Below, piece by piece: positions 61,613 through 64,000 of a DNA stretch of 64,000 nucleotides (positions within the stretch are counted from its first letter, which is position 1; each line of letters opens with the position of its first letter). The stretch is from an uncultured Clostridia bacterium. GTDB taxonomy: Bacteria; Bacillota; Clostridia; Peptostreptococcales; Acidaminobacteraceae. The notes below the pieces were generated by a model that saw only the letters and a program-made list of their open reading frames with translations, was not told where the DNA came from and searched no databases. The position numbers and the translations under genes were made by a program. The DNA is taken from contig CALODS010000022.1 in the NCBI GenBank assembly GCA_942492225.1, positions 39,727-103,726 of the forward strand, written 5' to 3'.

Positions 61613-61663
61613 AAGCTGAAGTTCAATTGTCGTAACTATCGTCTTTTGAAGTTCAGCTTTTCC
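61613..61663 (+). terminator. Hairpin/partial terminator between dnaK and dnaJ
   Basis: 14-bp stem AAGCTGAAGTTCAA / TTGAAGTTCAGCTT with one central mismatch and a 19-nt loop, followed by TTTCC. Confidence 0.55.
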
Positions 61664-61751
61664 TGTAAATTTGTTAATAGTATATTTATAAACGTAAATC
61701 ATGCCATCAATAAAAATGGTATGATGATAGCATATGAAAGGCGGTAACTCA

Positions 61752-62981
61752 TTGAGTGATAAAAGAGATTATTATGAGGTACTTGGCGTTGGAAGAACTG
61801 CGGACGAAACGGAATTAAAACGTGCGTATAGAAAACTAGCGATTAAGTACCATCCTGATAAAAATCCAGATAATCCAGAAGCAGAGAAGAACTTTAAAGA
61901 AATTAATGAAGCATATGAAATTTTAAGCGATAAAGAAAAAAGAAATCTATATGATCAATTTGGTCATGCAGGTGTTAACCAAAATTCTGGCGGTGGTAGT
62001 TATGGCGGCGCTGGTTTTGGTGGATTTGAAGATATTATTAATGAAATGTTTGGTGGCGGTTTCGGAGGATTTGGTGGTAGTTCACAAAGAAGATCTGGTC
62101 CGAGAAAGGGAAAAGATGTAAGAGTGGATCTTACATTAACCTTTGAAGAAGCAGCATTTGGTGTTAATAAAGAAATAGAATTTTATAGAACGGAAGAATG
62201 TCCTACGTGTAATGGCAATGGTGCGGAACCTGGCACTAAAACTCATACGTGTAGCCAATGTAATGGTGCAGGTGAAGTACGTTATAGACAAAATAGTTTG
62301 TTTGGTGAATCTATATCAGTACAAGCGTGTAATCAGTGTAATGGAACTGGTGAAACATTTGAGGAGCCATGTCATACTTGTAAAGGAAAAGGTAAAGTTA
62401 AGAAAAAACGTACGATTGACGTCAAAATTCCTGCTGGCGTTTACAACGGTGCTCAAATGACATTGCGTGGCGAGTCGGATTTAGGATCTAAAGGTGGTCC
62501 AAGAGGAGACGTTTATGTTGTAATTCGAGTAATGGGTCATCCTATATTCAAACGAGATGGTGATGACGTATTTTCTTCAATAAAAATATCATTTGCACAA
62601 GCAGCATTAGGCGCAGAAGTTATTGTTCCTACATTAGATGGAAAAGTTAAATACAAAATTCCTGCTGGAACAGAAAGTGGTAAACAGTTCAGATTAAAAG
62701 GAAAAGGTGTACATGTACTTAATGGCTATGGTCGTGGAGATCACTACGTTCGTGCTATTGTTGAAATTCCAAAGAATCTGACTACTGAACAAAAAAATAT
62801 ATTAGAACAATTTGAGGCATCTTTGTCAGGGAAGAAAACTAAAAGTGAAAATACTTCAACTGATGAAGATCCCAAAAAAGAAGACAATAAAAAAAAAGAC
62901 CTCAAAAAAGAAAAAATAGTCAATGAAGAAAAACCAGGTGATTCTAGTTTTTTCGATAAAGTAAAAGACGTTTTTAGTTAA
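61752..62981 (+). CDS. dnaJ: Molecular chaperone DnaJ (Hsp40)
   Basis: It has the J-domain [10 protein letters not shown]...HPDKN, a G/F region and four CxxCxGxG zinc-finger repeats. TTG 61752 behind AAAGGCGG gives the canonical [13 protein letters not shown]. The ORF-track ATG at 61734 is an alternative start. Confidence 0.95.
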   Translation: MSDKRDYYEVLGVGRTADETELKRAYRKLAIKYHPDKNPDNPEAEKNFKEINEAYEILSDKEKRNLYDQFGHAGVNQNSGGGSYGGAGFGGFEDIINEMFGGGFGGFGGSSQRRSGPRKGKDVRVDLTLTFEEAAFGVNKEIEFYRTEECPTCNGNGAEPGTKTHTCSQCNGAGEVRYRQNSLFGESISVQACNQCNGTGETFEEPCHTCKGKGKVKKKRTIDVKIPAGVYNGAQMTLRGESDLGSKGGPRGDVYVVIRVMGHPIFKRDGDDVFSSIKISFAQAALGAEVIVPTLDGKVKYKIPAGTESGKQFRLKGKGVHVLNGYGRGDHYVRAIVEIPKNLTTEQKNILEQFEASLSGKKTKSENTSTDEDPKKEDNKKKDLKKEKIVNEEKPGDSSFFDKVKDVFS

Positions 62982-62995
62982 AACATTATAAAAAA

Positions 62996-63045
62996 GCATC
63001 TCTTAATTTGCATGTAGATAGGCCAAATTAAGAGATGCTTTTTTT
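62996..63045 (+). terminator. Intrinsic terminator after dnaJ
   Basis: 15-bp stem GCATCTCTTAATTTG / CAAATTAAGAGATGC with a 13-nt loop, followed by T7. Confidence 0.9.
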
Positions 63046-63485
63046 ATTTGAGTCATTTACTGGCTTTTTATCTTATATTTTTATTAGTGAACTTAGAGCT
63101 TATACGAGTTTAGTAAAAAATAACAAAGAAGAGAATCATTCGCGATAAGATATTAATAATAAACATCTGTTACTATCTTCTTTGTGCTTTGATATTAGAT
63201 GATTATAAGAGAAAAAAACAGAAGCAAAAGTATCGCGATTACTGTCAGAATATTCAAGATGTTGTGAAAATAACACATAAAAATATTACGAATTCGTAAC
63301 ACAAAAGCCTAAATATTCACTTTTGTATTAATTTTGTGAAAAAAAATTAATTAAAATGAAGGAGATTTAAAATAAAAGGAGAATTATATTCATTGTGTTA
63401 AATTATTTGAGAGGAGGGCAGTTCGTTTATTGTTGACAACAGGAACTTAAATAATGAAACCAAACAATTATAGGGGGGAATATCT

Positions 63486-64000
63486 TTGAAGAAATTTTTA
63501 TCAATCTTATTAGTATTATCACTAGCGCTAAGTTTAGCAGCTTGTGGTGGCTCGGCACCTGCTGAGGAACCAGCAGACACAGGATCAACAGATACTGCAG
63601 CAGCAGAAACACCAGCTGAAGAGCCGGCAACTGATGACAATTGGAAAATTGGTATTATGACTGGTACTGTATCTCAAAATGAAGAAGAATACAGAGCAGC
63701 TCAAAATGTTGTAGCGAAATACGGTGAAGAACATGTATTATTAATGACTTATCCTGATAAATTTATGGATGAGCAAGAAACTACAATTGCTAACTTAGTT
63801 TCAATGGCATCAGATCCTGATGTAAAAGCATTAATTATCGTTCAAGCAGTTCCAGGAACTTCTGCAGCAATCGATAAAGCAAGAGAAGTTAACCCAGATG
63901 TATTAGTAATTGCTGGTACACCAGGTGAAAACCCTGCTGATATCGCTGCAAGAGCTGATATCGCATTAAACCTTGACGAATTGGCAATGGGTAGAACAAT
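63486..64000 (+). CDS. Lipoprotein, periplasmic-binding-protein-like (DUF3798-like); 5' part only, continues past the right edge
   Basis: TTG start 5 nt after AGGGGGGAA. It reads MKKFLSILLVLSLALSLAACGGS (lipobox), then a Pro/Glu/Thr linker, then WKIGIMTGTVSQNEEEYRAAQNVVAKYGEEHV. It is not in the ORF track; two antisense ORFs are listed there instead. Confidence 0.6.
   Translation, partial: MKKFLSILLVLSLALSLAACGGSAPAEEPADTGSTDTAAAETPAEEPATDDNWKIGIMTGTVSQNEEEYRAAQNVVAKYGEEHVLLMTYPDKFMDEQETTIANLVSMASDPDVKALIIVQAVPGTSAAIDKAREVNPDVLVIAGTPGENPADIAARADIALNLDELAMGRT

Noticed and set aside
63110-63166. 18-codon hydrophobic mini-ORF on the minus strand (MFIINILSRMILFFVIFY), considered as a type I toxin-like peptide
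   Set aside because: It has no SD, and I identified no promoter or antisense RNA. Such ORFs arise by chance in AT-rich DNA.
63398-63640. Two overlapping minus-strand ORFs (80 and 67 aa) listed in the track
   Set aside because: They are antisense to the signal peptide and linker of a plus-strand lipoprotein gene. That gene starts at TTG 63486 and has a strong SD, a lipobox and a recognisable mature domain.

Overview
This is a 64-kb chromosomal segment from an AT-rich Gram-positive genome (Bacillota, Clostridia/Tissierellia-like by gene content and SD usage). I support about 50 protein genes and one tRNA. I saw no rRNA, CRISPR array, transposase, integrase or phage genes.

Layout:
- Left end: a truncated GntR regulator and a hypB-[894-aa Fe-S flavoprotein]-hypA operon. 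Cell-wall and surface enzymes follow (DacB-type carboxypeptidase, LysM 5'-nucleotidase), then comEA.
- Selenocysteine-decoding set: selD (itself carrying an in-frame UGA that the ORF track misses), selA and selB, with tRNA-Sec(UCA) 19 kb away. These genes are interleaved with signalling genes: a cNMP-binding/DUF2225 protein, an orphan histidine kinase and an OmpR-type two-component pair.
- Middle, first half: MoxR-DUF58-transglutaminase, an LD-carboxypeptidase and an aminotransferase. Next comes an ADH-aldolase-MtnA-MtnK operon (DHAP shunt / 5-deoxyribose-methylthioribose salvage) whose kinase is frameshifted, then a WG-repeat protein.
- Middle, second half: lipoproteins including a triple rhodanese, diaminopropionate ammonia-lyase, NUDIX and plsY. 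These are followed by a 1411-aa fused activase-type protein and an orphan N6-adenine methyltransferase cluster.
- Right third: the conserved block comEC-holA / rpsT / lepA-hemW-hrcA-grpE-dnaK-dnaJ with a perfect CIRCE operator. There is no gpr/spoIIP between rpsT and lepA.

Five items most deserve follow-up:
1. The nickel-chaperone pair hypB/hypA bracketing a non-hydrogenase redox enzyme.
2. Signalling genes embedded in the Sec machinery.
3. The 31-nt tandem repeat plus multi-hairpin element in the holA/rpsT spacer.
4. The orphan methyltransferase unit.
5. The frameshifted mtnK.

I did not find an unambiguous new system; these are leads. All calls come from reading motifs in the supplied translations and the raw sequence by eye. 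No database search, folding program or composition statistic was run.
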